From Octopus sinensis (taxonomy: Eukaryota), in contig NC_043001.1 of the NCBI RefSeq assembly GCF_006345805.1, positions 34,782,001-34,846,000 of the forward strand: 64,000 bases of DNA. The letters run 5' to 3'. A model generated the notes under the pieces. The model worked only from the letters and a program-made list of their open reading frames with translations. It was not told where the DNA came from and ran no database searches. A program made the translations under genes and the position numbers. Position 1 is the stretch's first letter. Every line of letters starts with the position of its first letter. Positions 26,100 to 40,066 of this stretch are shown here, in pieces.

Positions 26100-26305
26100 A
26101 TTAGCGTAACATCAAAGATGAAAGAGCTGGGGGAGACAGGGCTGCCCTGCCAGTCAGCGGGTATTCATTTTCAGCAAAGTGAACTGAAGCAATGTGGAAT
26201 TACATATCTTGCCCAAGGATCCAACATGCCACCCGGAACAGGAATCGAACCCATGAGTTTACAATCGTGTACCCTTACACCCTTACTCTTACACCATCCA
26301 CATGC
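26100..26305 (-). mobile_element. Degenerate tRNA-derived SINE, a fourth family
   Basis: GTGAACTGAAGCAATGTGGAATT...TTGCCCAAGGATCCAAC...GGAATCGAACCC (reverse complement of a B-box). Confidence 0.6.
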
Positions 26306-27210
26306 ATAATTTTTCAAATTGTAGGAAACGAATAAGGATTTTTCATAAACGTACTTAACCCATAATGTATCCGATATTAAAACAACAACAATAAATAAAT
26401 AAGTAAATAATAATAAAATAAAATGCATTTAAATCAAGATTTATGATTCGTGAGGAAAATCAGTCATGCGTGTGGAATATATTATGCAAAAATTGCAAAA
26501 TTTCGTATCGTAGTTCCACATAGTGAGATATAAAAATGCGTTGAATATTTGTTCTGCTCGACACCATTAAAACAATATAAAATAGCATTCGTATTTGACA
26601 TAATTAAACAATACTGAAAGACTGTAACATTAATTCTTTATTCACAATTCGTAGTGACGCTGAGCAGTCCATAAGTTTTGGAGGAATACTGCCATACGTA
26701 TCACACTTAAACTTTGAGTGGTTGTCATTTTATGTTTAACTCTTTGAATAAAACAAATTATCAGTCATCATTCTAAGGTCTTTCGCTTAATTTCGCTTAA
26801 ACTTTCTTGTTGTCCCTTTTTGCTCCACGAATGCATATGCACATATACTCGCATACGTATGCATACATACACAATCATACAGACACATATACTAGCTGAC
26901 GTACGTACAAGTACCTTTCTTTGCTCACACCTCAGTTTTCTTACTCTCTATTCTTCTCTGGATTTCTTTATTTTCACTTTACTATGTCTTCACCTCTTTC
27001 TGTTTTTCTTTCTCCATATTCTACCTTATTTTAAAGGCATATTTCTCTTTCTTTTCCTTCATCCTCTTAGCTACTTCTATATTATATTCATTCCGAATCC
27101 CGTTTCTTCTATTGTTTTCCACAGAACATTTCTGTGTACCATCTCTCCCTGCCTGTCATTCTATTTCGCTTGCATCTTTCATCTGTAATTTTAAACAAAA
27201 CTCTAATTTT

Positions 27211-27425
27211 TCATTCATCATCATCATCATCATCGTCGTCGTTGTCGTCATCTTCATCGTCGTCATCATCGTCATAGCTGTCATCGTCATCGTTGTCATC
27301 ATCATTGCCGTCGTGCTAACCGCGCTGTCACTGCCGACACCACCACATTCTTCTTCTCTTCTTCTTCTTCTTCTTCTTCTTCTTCTTCTTCTTCTTCTTC
27401 TTCTTCTTCTTCTTCTTCTTCTTCC
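27211..27425. repeat. (CAT/CGT)n and (CTT)n microsatellites
   Basis: Direct reading. Confidence 0.95.
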
Positions 27426-28019
27426 CTACTTTCTGTCCTTCTTTTTTGTTTCGCTATTTGTTGTTCAACATTTCTTCTTAATGCGACAACTTTACGACAT
27501 ACAAGCAAAATTAAAACATCGAATAAAAAGTAAAGCCAAAAAAAATTAAAATAAAAAAACAAAAACCAAAAAACAAAACAAAAGGAAAAGAGAGATGATA
27601 AAATTTGAACAGAAACAACAAATATAAAAATAAATATTCAATGGAAAAAAAAATGAGAAAATAAAGACAAACAAAAACAAAAACAAACAAAACGATATAA
27701 CATAAAAGAGAAATCCCTAAACTATTGAAATAAACAAAAAATTCCACAAAAAAAATAGAAACACAGTAAGAATATAAAGCCAAGGTAAAGTTACATCATT
27801 CTCATTTAAAGACAATTCTCAAAAAAGACAACTAGGAATTATTCGAAATGTATTCAACGTAATCAACTTGTACGTTGATTTATTGTTTAATTTTCGAGAA
27901 TAATCCTTGTGCTAATGATGGTTTTAGAGTTAATTTATGGCGTCACGATTTCATATAAAACACTATTGAGAGAGAAAGCAAAGAAAATAAAAATGACGGA
28001 CATTTTGTTTCACAAAACA

Positions 28020-28117
28020 ACAACGACGACGAGGACGAGGACGAGTGATGATGATGATGAGGATGATGAGGATGATGCGCGTGATGGTGATGATGGTGAT
28101 AATGATCGTGGTGGTGG

Positions 28118-28149
<32 letters not shown>

Positions 28150-28224
28150 CTGATAATGATAATAATAATAAGAAGAAGAAGAAGAAGAAGAAGGAGAAGA
28201 AGATGAAGAGGAAGAGGAATAATG

Positions 28225-28285
<61 letters not shown>

Positions 28286-28556
28286 GAAGAAAGAAGAAGA
28301 AGAAGAAGAAGAAGAAGAAGGAAAAGAAAAAGAAGATGAAGAAGAAGAAGAAGAAGAGAGAAGAAGATGAAGAGGAAGAGGAATAATGATAATAATAATA
28401 ATAATAATAAGAAGAAGAAGGAAAAGAAAAAGAAGAAGAAGAAGAAGGAGAAGAAGGAAAAGAAAAAGAAGATGATGAAGAAGAAGAAGAAGAAGAAGAA
28501 GAAGAAGAAGAAGAAGAAGAAGAAGAAGAAGAAGAAGAAGAAGAAGAAGAAGAATG
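28020..28556. repeat. Compound trinucleotide tract (GAT, AAT, GAA) with internal block duplications
   Basis: The block AGATGAAGAGGAAGAGGAATAATGATAATAAT... occurs twice; explains the poly-D/N/K/E ORFs. Confidence 0.95.
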
Positions 28557-29606
28557 GACAACAGACGAAATAAAATTTATAAGAAAATCAAGGAGGAATG
28601 ACAAAAATTGTCAAGAAATCATATGTTAGGTGTCTGGCACAAGACAATGTGAAGAGCTACCTGCGATGCTTTTTTTTTCTACGTTCCAGTATGCATATAC
28701 TCAGAAATACGCATCTACACACTGATTACATACGGACTATACACACTGCATGAACGTACAATTAGCCTATTGCATATAATTTTATATAGATATCTATTTG
28801 CGTGTCAAGATGTATGTACGTTAGCGTATTTATACACGCGACTATGTGATCCGTGTTTTCTAGTTAGTTATTATGGGTTGGCACTATATGCATGTATTTA
28901 TGTATATATACACACATATACACAGACACATTATATGCACGTGTAAATGTATTTATGGCTGTGTGTGTAGAAATGTGTATGCTGCGTGCAGTTATAAACA
29001 AATACAAACGTACACATTCGTGGAAAAAATGACGAAAAAATCAAGAGTCAGAATGGATAAAAACGAAGAAGATGATACAAAGAAAGATAGAAAGAGTGTT
29101 CCGGCATTGCCTCAAAGATATAAAAAGCGAGAATTGAATAGTAACATTTTTATAGAGAGGGAAAGAAAATGAAACATGGAGTGAGTGTTGCCTCAGTGTT
29201 AACAAGAAATATAAATAGCATTAAACAAAATATAATAAAATGAAATAAAAACAGTGCATAATGCAAAATGGCGAACCCACTGACCAAAGCGTAAAGTCCT
29301 TTCTTCCCATTTCTATAAACCGGGCGACGTTATGGCGTGTGTCGATGTTAATGACACTTTTACACCTCAGTCACGACTTAGAGACCACGAATAACGATAA
29401 CGTTTCACGACAGTTTTAAGCTACTACTTCATTCAATAAATATGGAGTCGTTTGCTAATTTAAATTTGAATTTTAATTGCTTGCTTAGTTGGCGGCCAAC
29501 TAGGCTTGTCACATGCAAATCGAAAAACACAGAACATTTGCACTCTATTCATTGCTTATTTATTTATTTATTTTGCCTTACCACAGATTTTAACGGGCTC
29601 GGTGTT

Positions 29607-29654
<48 letters not shown>

Positions 29655-29789
29655 TGTGTTTGTGTTTGTCTGTCCGTGTTTGGACGTATGTTCTTATGCT
29701 TTTGCTTGTATAAGTGTGATAATTGTGACTGAATAACAAGATAGGATATATTATACCATGTAAGCCACTTATATCTTGGTACATATCTG

Positions 29790-30020
29790 TTTCTTTATTA
29801 TCCACAAGGGGCTAAACATAGAGAGGACAAACAAGGACAGACAAACGGATTACGTCGATTAGATCGACCCCAGTGCGTAACTGGTACTTAATTTATCGAC
29901 CCCGAAAGGATGAAAGGCAAAGTCGACCTCGGCGGAATTTGAACTCAGAACGTAGCGGCAGACGAGATATGGCTACGCATTTCGCCCGGCGTGCTAACGT
30001 TTCTGCCAGCTCACCGCCTT
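29790..30020 (-). mobile_element. Full-length SINE family B with 18-bp target-site duplication
   Basis: TATCTTGGTACATATCTG (29772-29789) and TATCTTGGTATATATCTG (30022-30039) flank the element. Confidence 0.92.
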
Positions 30021-32554
30021 GTATCTTGGTATATATCTGCAGCGGAATTAAGTGTCTCTAGGATCTGACTGGTACTTTATTTTATCAATCTAAGAAGTAC
30101 TCCAGGTAATATTTACCAAGCGGGGTAACGTGCGCTAGCAAAAACAATCGGATCTTTTTCTCCGATTTTTTATATTATAACAATTCTGCCAATTCACCGA
30201 GTAAACATTATATTATACACCTGAGCTAATAAAAATAAGAAATTCCTTACAAATATGTCTATATTTGCAGACTCAATTCTAAATTTTCTTTCTTTTGAGA
30301 TAACTCATTTTTCAAGAGTTTTGCTATTGATGGCATAAAAGATGATGATACCTCACTGTGGTTGAGTGTCTTATTACAAAAGATATGCTTCGAATGTTGG
30401 CAAAAGACTGAACTGCGTTGAAGGCCTCTGTGAATCAGATGGTAATGCTAAACCGGGAAGTGAATTAGGTTTACCACCCTAGAACAGATACAATTCATGT
30501 GATGGGTTGCCGCATAGCTTTCGTCACCATATTTCTTTTACAGCATTTCGATTGTGCTGTGCTATAATAGAAACTGCTGTCTAAGTGTGCACATTAATAT
30601 TGAACTGGAAACACGTGATAGCGAGGCGAACGTCATAAGTATATCACATACATGAAATTAGAGACACATATCTGTAAGCACAGATTCCAATCAATGACAT
30701 TGATTTCAGTACATTATTGGTGCAAATTTTTTTATGTATCATAAACGAAAGAAAAAAAATATATAGAAAGGAAAGTAATTATAGAAAATTATTTATTCTG
30801 ATTTCCTAACTAACAAAATCGATAACTGCAAATATTAAAGTACATATACACGTTCATAAAAGTCAAGTAAGAAAAAATATTTGTTTTCACTAGGAAAATT
30901 AAAATTCTTTAATATTCTTTAATTCGAATTTTCTTCGTTTGAAAATATGTTTCAAGTTTTATATAACATTCATTTTAAAAATATTCCACAAATTGTGATA
31001 ATACTGTTTTCTTACATTGGTGCAAGGTGTATTCTGATTGACAAGGTGTTCTTTCGATTGAATATTGATCACATTATAATATTGTTACTCGTTTTACTAA
31101 CACCGGTGAAAGGCGAAGATCGATTTAGCTGACGTTTGAACACAGTGTGAGGACTTTTATTTGGTGATGTTCTGTGTTTGATGTCTCATTAGCCTAAATT
31201 CTTCAATAAAGTTATTTCTTACATGTGCAGAAACGAAGGAATTTATAAGAAGTAAAAATACGATTTTGTAAAGTAGATGTAGCTCCTAAGGTTATTAATA
31301 ATTTCGAAAAGAAAAATGTGACAAACATGAATGAAAACCATTTTGGAATTTCAAGTGGTTTCAGGTTTAGTCGATGCTCTAAAACGCTTACAGCAAGTGA
31401 TGCCGCACGTTTTCTAATTTTGCTTTCTTTAAAATATACAAATTCCATTAGAGTAGAAAATAGTTGTAAGGTATTTGCAGTTCATAAAGTCTTTATTGAC
31501 GTAAATTTGATAACATTCAGATGAGAATTCAGGTTTTGCTACTTTCTCAATCACATTTATGAAACGCTGAATGTCGAAGTAGTACAAAAGATAATGCATT
31601 ATAACGCTTAGCTTCGTGTCTATGGTATCAGACTTAGAGCTTCACCAGGCCTTTAACCTATCGGTGCACGTGGAATTATCAATCATTATAGTATAGTAGG
31701 GCATTTCAAGGGATTAGCGGCAACAGCTGAACGCTGGATATGCATTATAAGTAATTTGTCTCATATTTTGCAGTTTTGCTGTCAAATAGTACCGAAACTC
31801 AGTAATTTTCATTTATCTTTTGTTGATAACAATAAATGAATGAATCAATAACTAAAATTAACATATACAATGTTAAAATCTTCGCTTACACACGATGCTA
31901 AAATGTATCGTCTTAATCAGTATCGATCTTAATTGCTACCAATAAAACAAGGGAAAATCCTTCTGAGATCTTTAAGAAATAAAATTTGTGTTAAAATTTC
32001 TGTAAAAATTGAACACATTTCACTCTAATAAAAACTACAGTTTCTAACATAATCCTGTGTACAGTTCTTACAGTAACAGAATACGCTGTCGTTTGTACTA
32101 ACTCTATACTACATTGCTGATAATGTATGGATTCCAGGTAAATGAAATTGGATGTACATATATATAGTGTTATCGCATGTGCAAAATACATACACGATTG
32201 CTACTGGCGAGTTTATTAGAAATGAATTATCATCATGCGGCTAAAACGATACTTAGTAGTATTAATGGTTATACTACACAGAGCAATTATAGGAGAAATT
32301 ATAATTAATCCAAGTTTATCTCATTTATTCCTACCTACATTATTTTGCAGAGAACAAAGTCAGACTTCAGATTTAGTACTATGTAATGTAATGTAGTGCA
32401 ATAAAGTGTTTTCCTGACGATCCGTTGTGGTTAAGCATCTAATTGCATTTAAATTATTCACGCAGAGATCCAAACAACCAAAATGGTGAAACAAATGTTG
32501 AGCATATATATAAGCAAGTGTTTAACATGCCTTTTCTCTCTCTCTCTCTCTATT

Positions 32555-32589
<35 letters not shown>

Positions 32590-32645
32590 ATGTTTATATA
32601 TATATATATAAATTTATAATCAAGAGTACAAGATAGTATCAGCAC

Positions 32646-32783
32646 TGCTAGAAATAAGAGTAGAAAAATACTTAAATAAGCCACAATATCACTGAAAATA
32701 TAACCAGCTGACGATTTCGTCGGCTGGTTACATTTTCAGTAATATTGTGGCTTCGAGTATTTTTTCAACTCTGATTCCTAGCA
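32646..32783. repeat. Diverged palindrome (~68-bp arms) centred on CTGACGA
   Basis: ...AACCAGCTGACGA-TT-TCGTCGGCTGGTT... with pairing extending out to TGCTAG/CTAGCA. Confidence 0.85.
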
Positions 32784-32879
32784 ACACTGGTCCTATGTTG
32801 CATCCCTGATTATAAATTTATAAATTTACCGTTTTGGTTGCTTGCTAGCCACGTATATCATCATCATCATCATCATCAC

Positions 32880-32968
<89 letters not shown>

Positions 32969-35100
32969 GGATAATGTTTTTATATATATGTATGTGTGTG
33001 TGTATGTATATGTATATACATAATTACATATGTATATATATATATATATACATATGTATCTATATACGCACGTATGTATATATATATAAATATATAAATA
33101 TATTATTTATGTACCTGTTTGTATGTATGTATATATATATCACATTAAATCTTATGAAATGTTGCAAACTTTTAATAATGTTTGGCACACATTTATTTCA
33201 TATTGTTGATTTTAGACAAATAGAAACGCACAGCTTCAGCTGTTGTTTTGTTTGTCTACAAATATTAGGGAGACAAATTAATGAACATCTACTCAAGTCA
33301 CTGTCATCCAGTAACATTCGTCTGGGTATAATAGTTACTTAATGTTTGTTCTGTATAGTCGTTTAGAACCGTGTTCAAAGGAATTTTCGTCACTACAACC
33401 CCAAACTTTATTATATCTAAGACTGTATTACCTATTGTGTTCTTTTTTCCATAAGACGGTGGAGTACACTTTGAGAGAGTTATATTTCTTATTTCTCGCA
33501 GGTAGAGCAACAACGTAGTGGCTTTTTTTAACACCGCTAACTTTAAATAATTGAAATGTCTTATATTTTAATAAAGAAAACAGATATCTACAGTTTCAGG
33601 TACCTCTTTAAAAAGTTGTCTTCCTAAAGAATGTACACAAACAAATTCTTGGCTAGAATACAAAAGCAGTTTGCAGTTTTCTCTTTCCAAGGGATTACAT
33701 CGTGCTTGAAGGCATCTGGCGACAATATTCTCTAGTGATTCCGAAATAGTTACACACTACTAAATACCATTTCTTTGAATCTCAATTCTATACAGTTTCA
33801 CTGTATTTAATAACATTAATTTAAGAACTCTCCTTGAGATTTCCATAACATTCAGTTTCTACACTATTTCCCCATTCTTCCATCAAATCCATGCAAATCC
33901 AACTAATCTCACATTATTGTAAAATATCAAATCTGAAATCGTTTCACTATTTTCTATAACATTCTTTCACATACAATATATGTGTAGTTCGCTGTCGTAT
34001 TTATTTTTATATAGAAATTCAAAACATTCCTTTTGATTGCTATGACGAACCAGTCATCTATTTGTTAACCAATATTCTTTACTTTCGATCAATATTATCC
34101 CATCTATTTTAAGCCGAAGTACAACATTACTATATTTATCCACTTATACTTTTACTCGCCTTTTTTTTTTGATTGCCTTTCTCTGCCTTTTTCCTTGTAC
34201 GTCATTTTGTATTTCAAGAAAAAGAAAGAGAGAGAGGGGAAGAGAGAGATAGAGGGAGGGAGAGAGATGTAGCGAGAGAGGGAGAGAGTGGGGAGAGAGA
34301 GAGAGGATTAGGCTTTCAGTAAATGCTAGCCAAAAGGCTTACAATCAATTACTTCTAGCCTGCAGTGATTACCCAAGAAATAAAACTTAGGCGGAAGGAC
34401 GTACAGAGAAACAGAAGTATTTCTGGAGCTAAGCAAAACTTGAAAATCAAGGCCGCAAAATTTCACCACCAAGACCCCTCCCCATCACCACCACCACCAC
34501 CACTACGACGACCACCACCGCCATCACCACTACGACCACCACCACTTTAACCCATATACTGAGCTTATTAAGTGCCTCAGAAATATACGGAGAGCCTGTA
34601 AACTGAACAAATACTGCGTAAGCTCTTCCCCACAACTGTTCAGTGATTGCACGCAGCCACTGCTAATAAATCCTAATGTGATCGCAGCTTGCTCACTAGA
34701 TTTCTGGAGAGAAGCCAACAGAGAAAAATTTGGCAAATTTACATTCTTCAAGTCTTGTATTATTCCAAAGTAAATAGTAAAATGCATGTGTTCTTCAATT
34801 TTTGGTCGTAATATCTAATAAATGAAATGTTCATATTATATGATAAAAACTAGCATCTCATTTATTCTCTCCTGCTGCTACTGGGCATAATGCTTATGAT
34901 GGTTAATGCTGGTGATATTGATGATGATGATGGTGATAGAAGGGAGAGAATGATGCCAATAACAACAGCAATGACGATGGTGTAGTTGTTGCTGATGTTG
35001 TTGTTGTTCATAATGATGATGAAATCTTAATGCTGCTGATATTGAAATTTTTTGCTAATGACAACACTGATTCGGTAGACGTTTTACATTCTTAATAATA

Positions 35101-35185
<85 letters not shown>

Positions 35186-35467
35186 TGCGTGTACGTGCGT
35201 AAGCTGGAACGGAAAACATAATTGCACACTTACATGCGCGTCCACACGCACATTCTTTTGAATATATATGTTATTTTTTGATATGAAATAGTTTTGACAG
35301 TAAACAAAAAATAATATAAGACTCAACTGAAAGTTATTGTGCGATACTTCAAATTAATTTTTGATTCTTTCTATGTGTACACACACACATATTGAAACGA
35401 TAATAGATTTGTAAAGTAATATTCGTTGAAGAAAGGCGTGGATTTATGTATGTATATATGTTTGTGA

Positions 35468-35656
35468 ATGGCCGGCCACACGCTAGGTAAGCTTAGAAAG
35501 GACCACACCAGGACCATGAATTTCCTCGGACTGAAGGTCACGATAGAAACCATCCTGAAAACGGTAGATTTCCTTGATGTGATCCAGGATTTTGAGTCTG
35601 GTGTTTACAGACCCTTCAGATAGCCAAATGAGACGCTATCGTATATCAACTACAGG
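35468..35656 (+). mobile_element. Penelope-like element reverse transcriptase fragment (C-terminal RT), disrupted
   Basis: Translates LGKLRKDHTRTMNFLGLKVTIETILKTVDFLDVIQDFESGVYRPFR*PNETLSYIN, matching the PLE RT pattern LGLKITIE...V(N/D)FLDV......Y.PYRKPN...YIN. Confidence 0.8.
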
Positions 35657-35712
35657 GTTAGGTTTAGATTTAGGGTTGGTGTTAGGCTCAGGGTTTAGGT
35701 CTAGGATTTGAG
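35654..35712 (+). repeat. Degenerate TTAGGG-like repeat tract
   Basis: AGGGTTAGGTTTAGATTTAGGGTTGGTGTTAGGCTCAGGGTTTAGGTCTAGG. Confidence 0.6.
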
Positions 35713-36424
35713 TTACCACCGAGTGCACTACTTTTAAAAAAAAAATTGACTTTAAGCCTGCCAGTCTTCTATCACGGTAGTAGCCACAAATCGCTCTGGT
35801 ATTAAATCAAATAAACGATTTCTTTTTTCTGATCAATTTTGTACAAGAACAGCACAGCTCACAATAGAAAATTTATCTTCATAAACTGCCAGGTATCTCC
35901 TTAGCTCATTATAGGAACAATTATTTTCTGTAATGTACTAAATGTCCACACAAAGAATGTTGCCTAGTTTAAATACACGAAAAATGAAATCGTTCAACCA
36001 CTAACGTTGTTTTCTTAACTTGCTTGAAAAAATAGCGAATTCTGCACCAAATGTTACTTTGTCGTCTTTACGAAAGACCACATTGGACAACAACAATGTA
36101 GTCGTAGTCGCTCAATATATAACCTTGTAGGAGAGTTACAACTGGGACGTCTTTAATCGATCCTGAAAAGCATACTCAAGTAGAGAAAATATTCTGACAA
36201 TAAATCTAAGCCTCGTATTCATGTGTTAATGTTATCATAATAATATCCAACTTGACTTGGCGGCATAATTATAAATATTTGGTTCACACTAAAAGACGAA
36301 TCCTTACCATTCCGTTTCTCGATGAAACTACAGTGACCATTTTTTGGTAGGTGAAGAGTCAAAGCAGCAATTGTATTTGACCTTTTCGACCAGTAACAAT
36401 TCCTCGGTCTACTACAAATATTTT

Positions 36425-36805
36425 TTTTACTCTTTTACTTGTTTCAGTCATTTAACAGCGGCAATGCTGGAGCACCGCTTTAAACGGTTGTAATCGAAGA
36501 AATCGACCTCAGAGCTTATTTTTTGTACGCCTAGTACTTTTTCTATTGGTCTCTTTTGCCGAACTGGTAGGTTACGGGGACCTAAACAAACCAGCATCGG
36601 TTGTCAAGCGATAGTATGAGGATAAACACAGACATACGAAATTCACAAACACACACACATACACAGACACACACAGACACACACACACTTATATCCTCTG
36701 ACCGAGGATATCGTAGAAGACACTTGCTCAAGGTACCACGCAGTGGGACTGAACCTGGAACCATGTGGTTGGAGAGCAAGCTTCTTACCATATAGCCCAC
36801 GCCTT
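36425..36805 (-). mobile_element. SINE family A
   Basis: tRNA-like head, CCTTGAGCAAGTGTCTT (rc), internal microsatellite, and tail GGTGCTCCAGCATTGCCGC...GACTGAAACAAGTAAAAGAG (rc). Confidence 0.85.
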
Positions 36806-37469
36806 ATCCAACACATTTTCAACAGAAGAACCCATTGAAAATCATGGTTCTTGGTGTACCTTACCATCAAAAAAGAGGAATGGTAACGGCTGAAGTAACT
36901 TTGACAAATGGTCTGTTCAATCTTGACTGATTCGGACTTAAGAACTGCCACCACCGCCAACACAAAGAGCAAAAAACAATTTCCCTTTCTACGCAATAAA
37001 TTTAAATTATCTTATTTGATTTTTCACAACGGCGTCTATAAGATAAAGGTTAATTGGAAATAGAAAGCGACAGAGAAGTAGAAAGAGAGGGGAGTAAAGG
37101 GGAAAGATAGAGAGTGTGTTATAGCGAGTGGAAGTGAGAGAGACACGTGTATCTCCTTTGGCAATACTGCAAACGTTCCTATAATCATTAATCAATTAAA
37201 AGAGATTATATCAAGAACAATTATTATATCGAGACCTGACGCTACCAGTATCAAGGGTAACAACATCCGTGTTCCCTCAAGAACCATGACTGTTACAAGC
37301 ACAAGCACATAATACCATGAGTACTACAACTACGAAAGACGACTAACATCACTGAAAGTCGTCATCTTCGACAGAATCACTACAACCACCAGCACCACTA
37401 CCACCATCATCAGGCAAAAGACTGAAACAGAGGAATACACACACACATACACATATATATACATATTAT

Positions 37470-37860
37470 TTGCCTGTAGTCATGCTAGAGCACTGCACGG
37501 AAGGCTTTTAGTAAATCAAGTCGACCCCGGAACTTATCTTTTAAAGCCTAGTACTTATTCTATCGGTCTCTTTTGCCGAACTGTTGAGTTACGGATATCT
37601 AAACACATCGACAATTGTTGACAAGAAATCAAGGTTGAATAGCAGTGAGGAGGGTCAAACACACACATAAAGACTCAGAAAAATATATAAATATATTTAC
37701 AATGGACTTCTTTTAGTTTATGTATCCCAAATACACTCACAAGGCTTTGGTTGGCCTCAGACTATAGTAGAAGAGACTTGCCCAAGGTGCCACGCAGTGG
37801 GACTGAACCTGAACCATGTAGCTGGGAACCAAGCTTCTTACCACACAACCACACCTGTCC
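37470..37860 (-). mobile_element. SINE family A
   Basis: Same modules as the other family A copies. Confidence 0.8.
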
Positions 37861-37871
37861 ATATACATATA

Positions 37872-37935
<64 letters not shown>

Positions 37936-38295
37936 CCATTCATTTGAACTGCACCCTTTCACCTTCCTATTCTTATGCCTCTCTTCTCCTACTTCGTTTG
38001 AACCCTTGAACCTTTAGAACCTTCTAGATTCTTCTACATCCAACCATTTTGACGTCACTCCTTATAAATGAATTGTTTAAAGAGACTCATTTTCACTATG
38101 GGCTCCGTGTGAGCAGTCATCTAAGAGTTTTTTGTGCATCTTGATGTTGACATAAGTTCCTTGCTTTTCCTGATGAGAAAGCGGCATAATATACTCCTTA
38201 TTCCTTCGCAATTAGGAATATGCAGCCTTCGAAACATGTGTCGAAAATAAAGGAATTTTGTTAATTCGTCATTCAACTCCATTCTTTCATATATA

Positions 38296-38344
<49 letters not shown>

Positions 38345-38739
38345 CACACACCTACATATATGTTCGTTTGTACGTGAGGGTGCCTGTGTGGCGTATGCGG
38401 TTGTGTGACTCCATGCGCATACTCGCAAATTAAATAAACACAAACATCGATGTAAAATATATGACAAAAGCAAAAAAAACATTCACCACAATAGCAACCA
38501 TAGCAACAAAAATCACGAAATCATGTTCCTCGAGCAAAAACTGACAAAATGAACCAAACAAAAATCAGATACCAAGAAAAAAACCCAAATAAATAGACAG
38601 AATAATAGGCACAAAATGCAAGAAGTGTAATAACAGTAAATATCTGTCTGTATAAATTTGAGAAATCAGAAAATAATTTTTGATAAATTCTATTTGGAAT
38701 TATTACCCCTCCCAAAGTACACACACACATACGTACATA

Positions 38740-38752
38740 TATATATACATAC

Positions 38753-38835
<83 letters not shown>

Positions 38836-39111
38836 CTATCTATATATGCATATATATATATATATACATATTATTTATATTATATATATGTATATATATA
38901 TATGTTTATATATACATATACACATATATATACACACATATATTATATATATATATGTACGTATTTACGTATATGTACATAAATATGTCTATATATATGC
39001 ATACTTATATACATGTATATGTAAATATATATACACGTATATGTATATACATTTATATATATATGCATATATATATATACATATATATTAAGTATATGTA
39101 ATATCTATATA

Positions 39112-39147
<36 letters not shown>

Positions 39148-39170
39148 GTATGTATTTATATATATATATC
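38740..39170. repeat. (TA)n/(TATACA)-rich microsatellite
   Basis: Direct reading. Confidence 0.95.
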
Positions 39171-39920
39171 TGTGCGTGTGTGCATGTGTGTTTGTGTGTG
39201 TGCGCGCAATATTCTTTATATATGTGTGTGTTTGTCTCTGTGTTTGTGTAAAAGAAATATTTACACGATGTACTCGTTATATTTCATTATTCTGTTTTTT
39301 TGTTTTTGATATTTTTCTAAAAACAAATACATTTCTGTGTTTTGTCTCCAGGTTTGGGGTTTGTTTACTTTTCTGCTACGTCATTTACTTATCGCTGGTA
39401 GCAGGAAGAGATTATTTCTACCACTCTTTCCTTCGGGACTATTACTAAGCTTTACCACTTTTGCCTCGAACCACAATGCCACCGACACAACCACAAACAA
39501 CACAAACACCAGTCACACCACTACAAACACTATCACATTCACCACCACGCCACCAGAACCACAAGGAGCATCTTACGTTTTTCATTTGAATTTAATTTGA
39601 TTGATTTTCCTGTAGATATGTTTATATTGTGTTGTAAAACGAGGCATAATCAATAGAATATCTTCTAGTCAGACTGACCATCGGCAAAATATTGTTACTC
39701 CTACTTATATACAATAGTAGATATGTCAAAATATTTGAAATATGGCTACTACTGCGAAGCTAGAAGTTTTGGCGCATAAACATTTACTTCTACGCACACA
39801 TAGACAAGCACACATGGGCAAATATGAATGACATAGCGATACACGCATATATATACGGGAGTAAATACACAAATGTGTAACAAGGTGAAAAAACAGCACT
39901 CAAATACCAGGGGTAGAGTA

Positions 39921-39977
39921 ATATGCTTTATTTAAAAGCAGCAGAAATCAACAAAATTTCTGCTGCTTTTAAATAAA

Positions 39978-39983
<6 letters not shown>
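39921..39983. repeat. Perfect 28-bp inverted repeat with 7-nt spacer
   Basis: ATATGCTTTATTTAAAAGCAGCAGAAAT-caacaaa-ATTTCTGCTGCTTTTAAATAAAGCATAT. Confidence 0.9.

Positions 39984-40066
<83 letters not shown>

Noticed and set aside
30490-30660. 50-aa ORF MGCRIAFVTIFLYSISIVLCYNRNCC… resembling a secreted peptide
   Set aside because: Short, with no promoter or splice support, and expected by chance in T-rich DNA.
33620-33990. Possible LINE endonuclease remnant on the minus strand (…FDGRMGN…, LVVCNYF)
   Set aside because: Multiple stops and frameshifts; motifs too degenerate to call.
34545-34775. Frames open on both strands for ~75 codons, with a good minus-strand acceptor
   Set aside because: No recognisable domain, no convincing donor, and it runs into a CAC/CCA repeat.
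38049-38072. CRE palindrome TGACGTCA next to TTATAAAT
   Set aside because: Spacing is too short for a CRE-TATA promoter and there is no downstream gene evidence.
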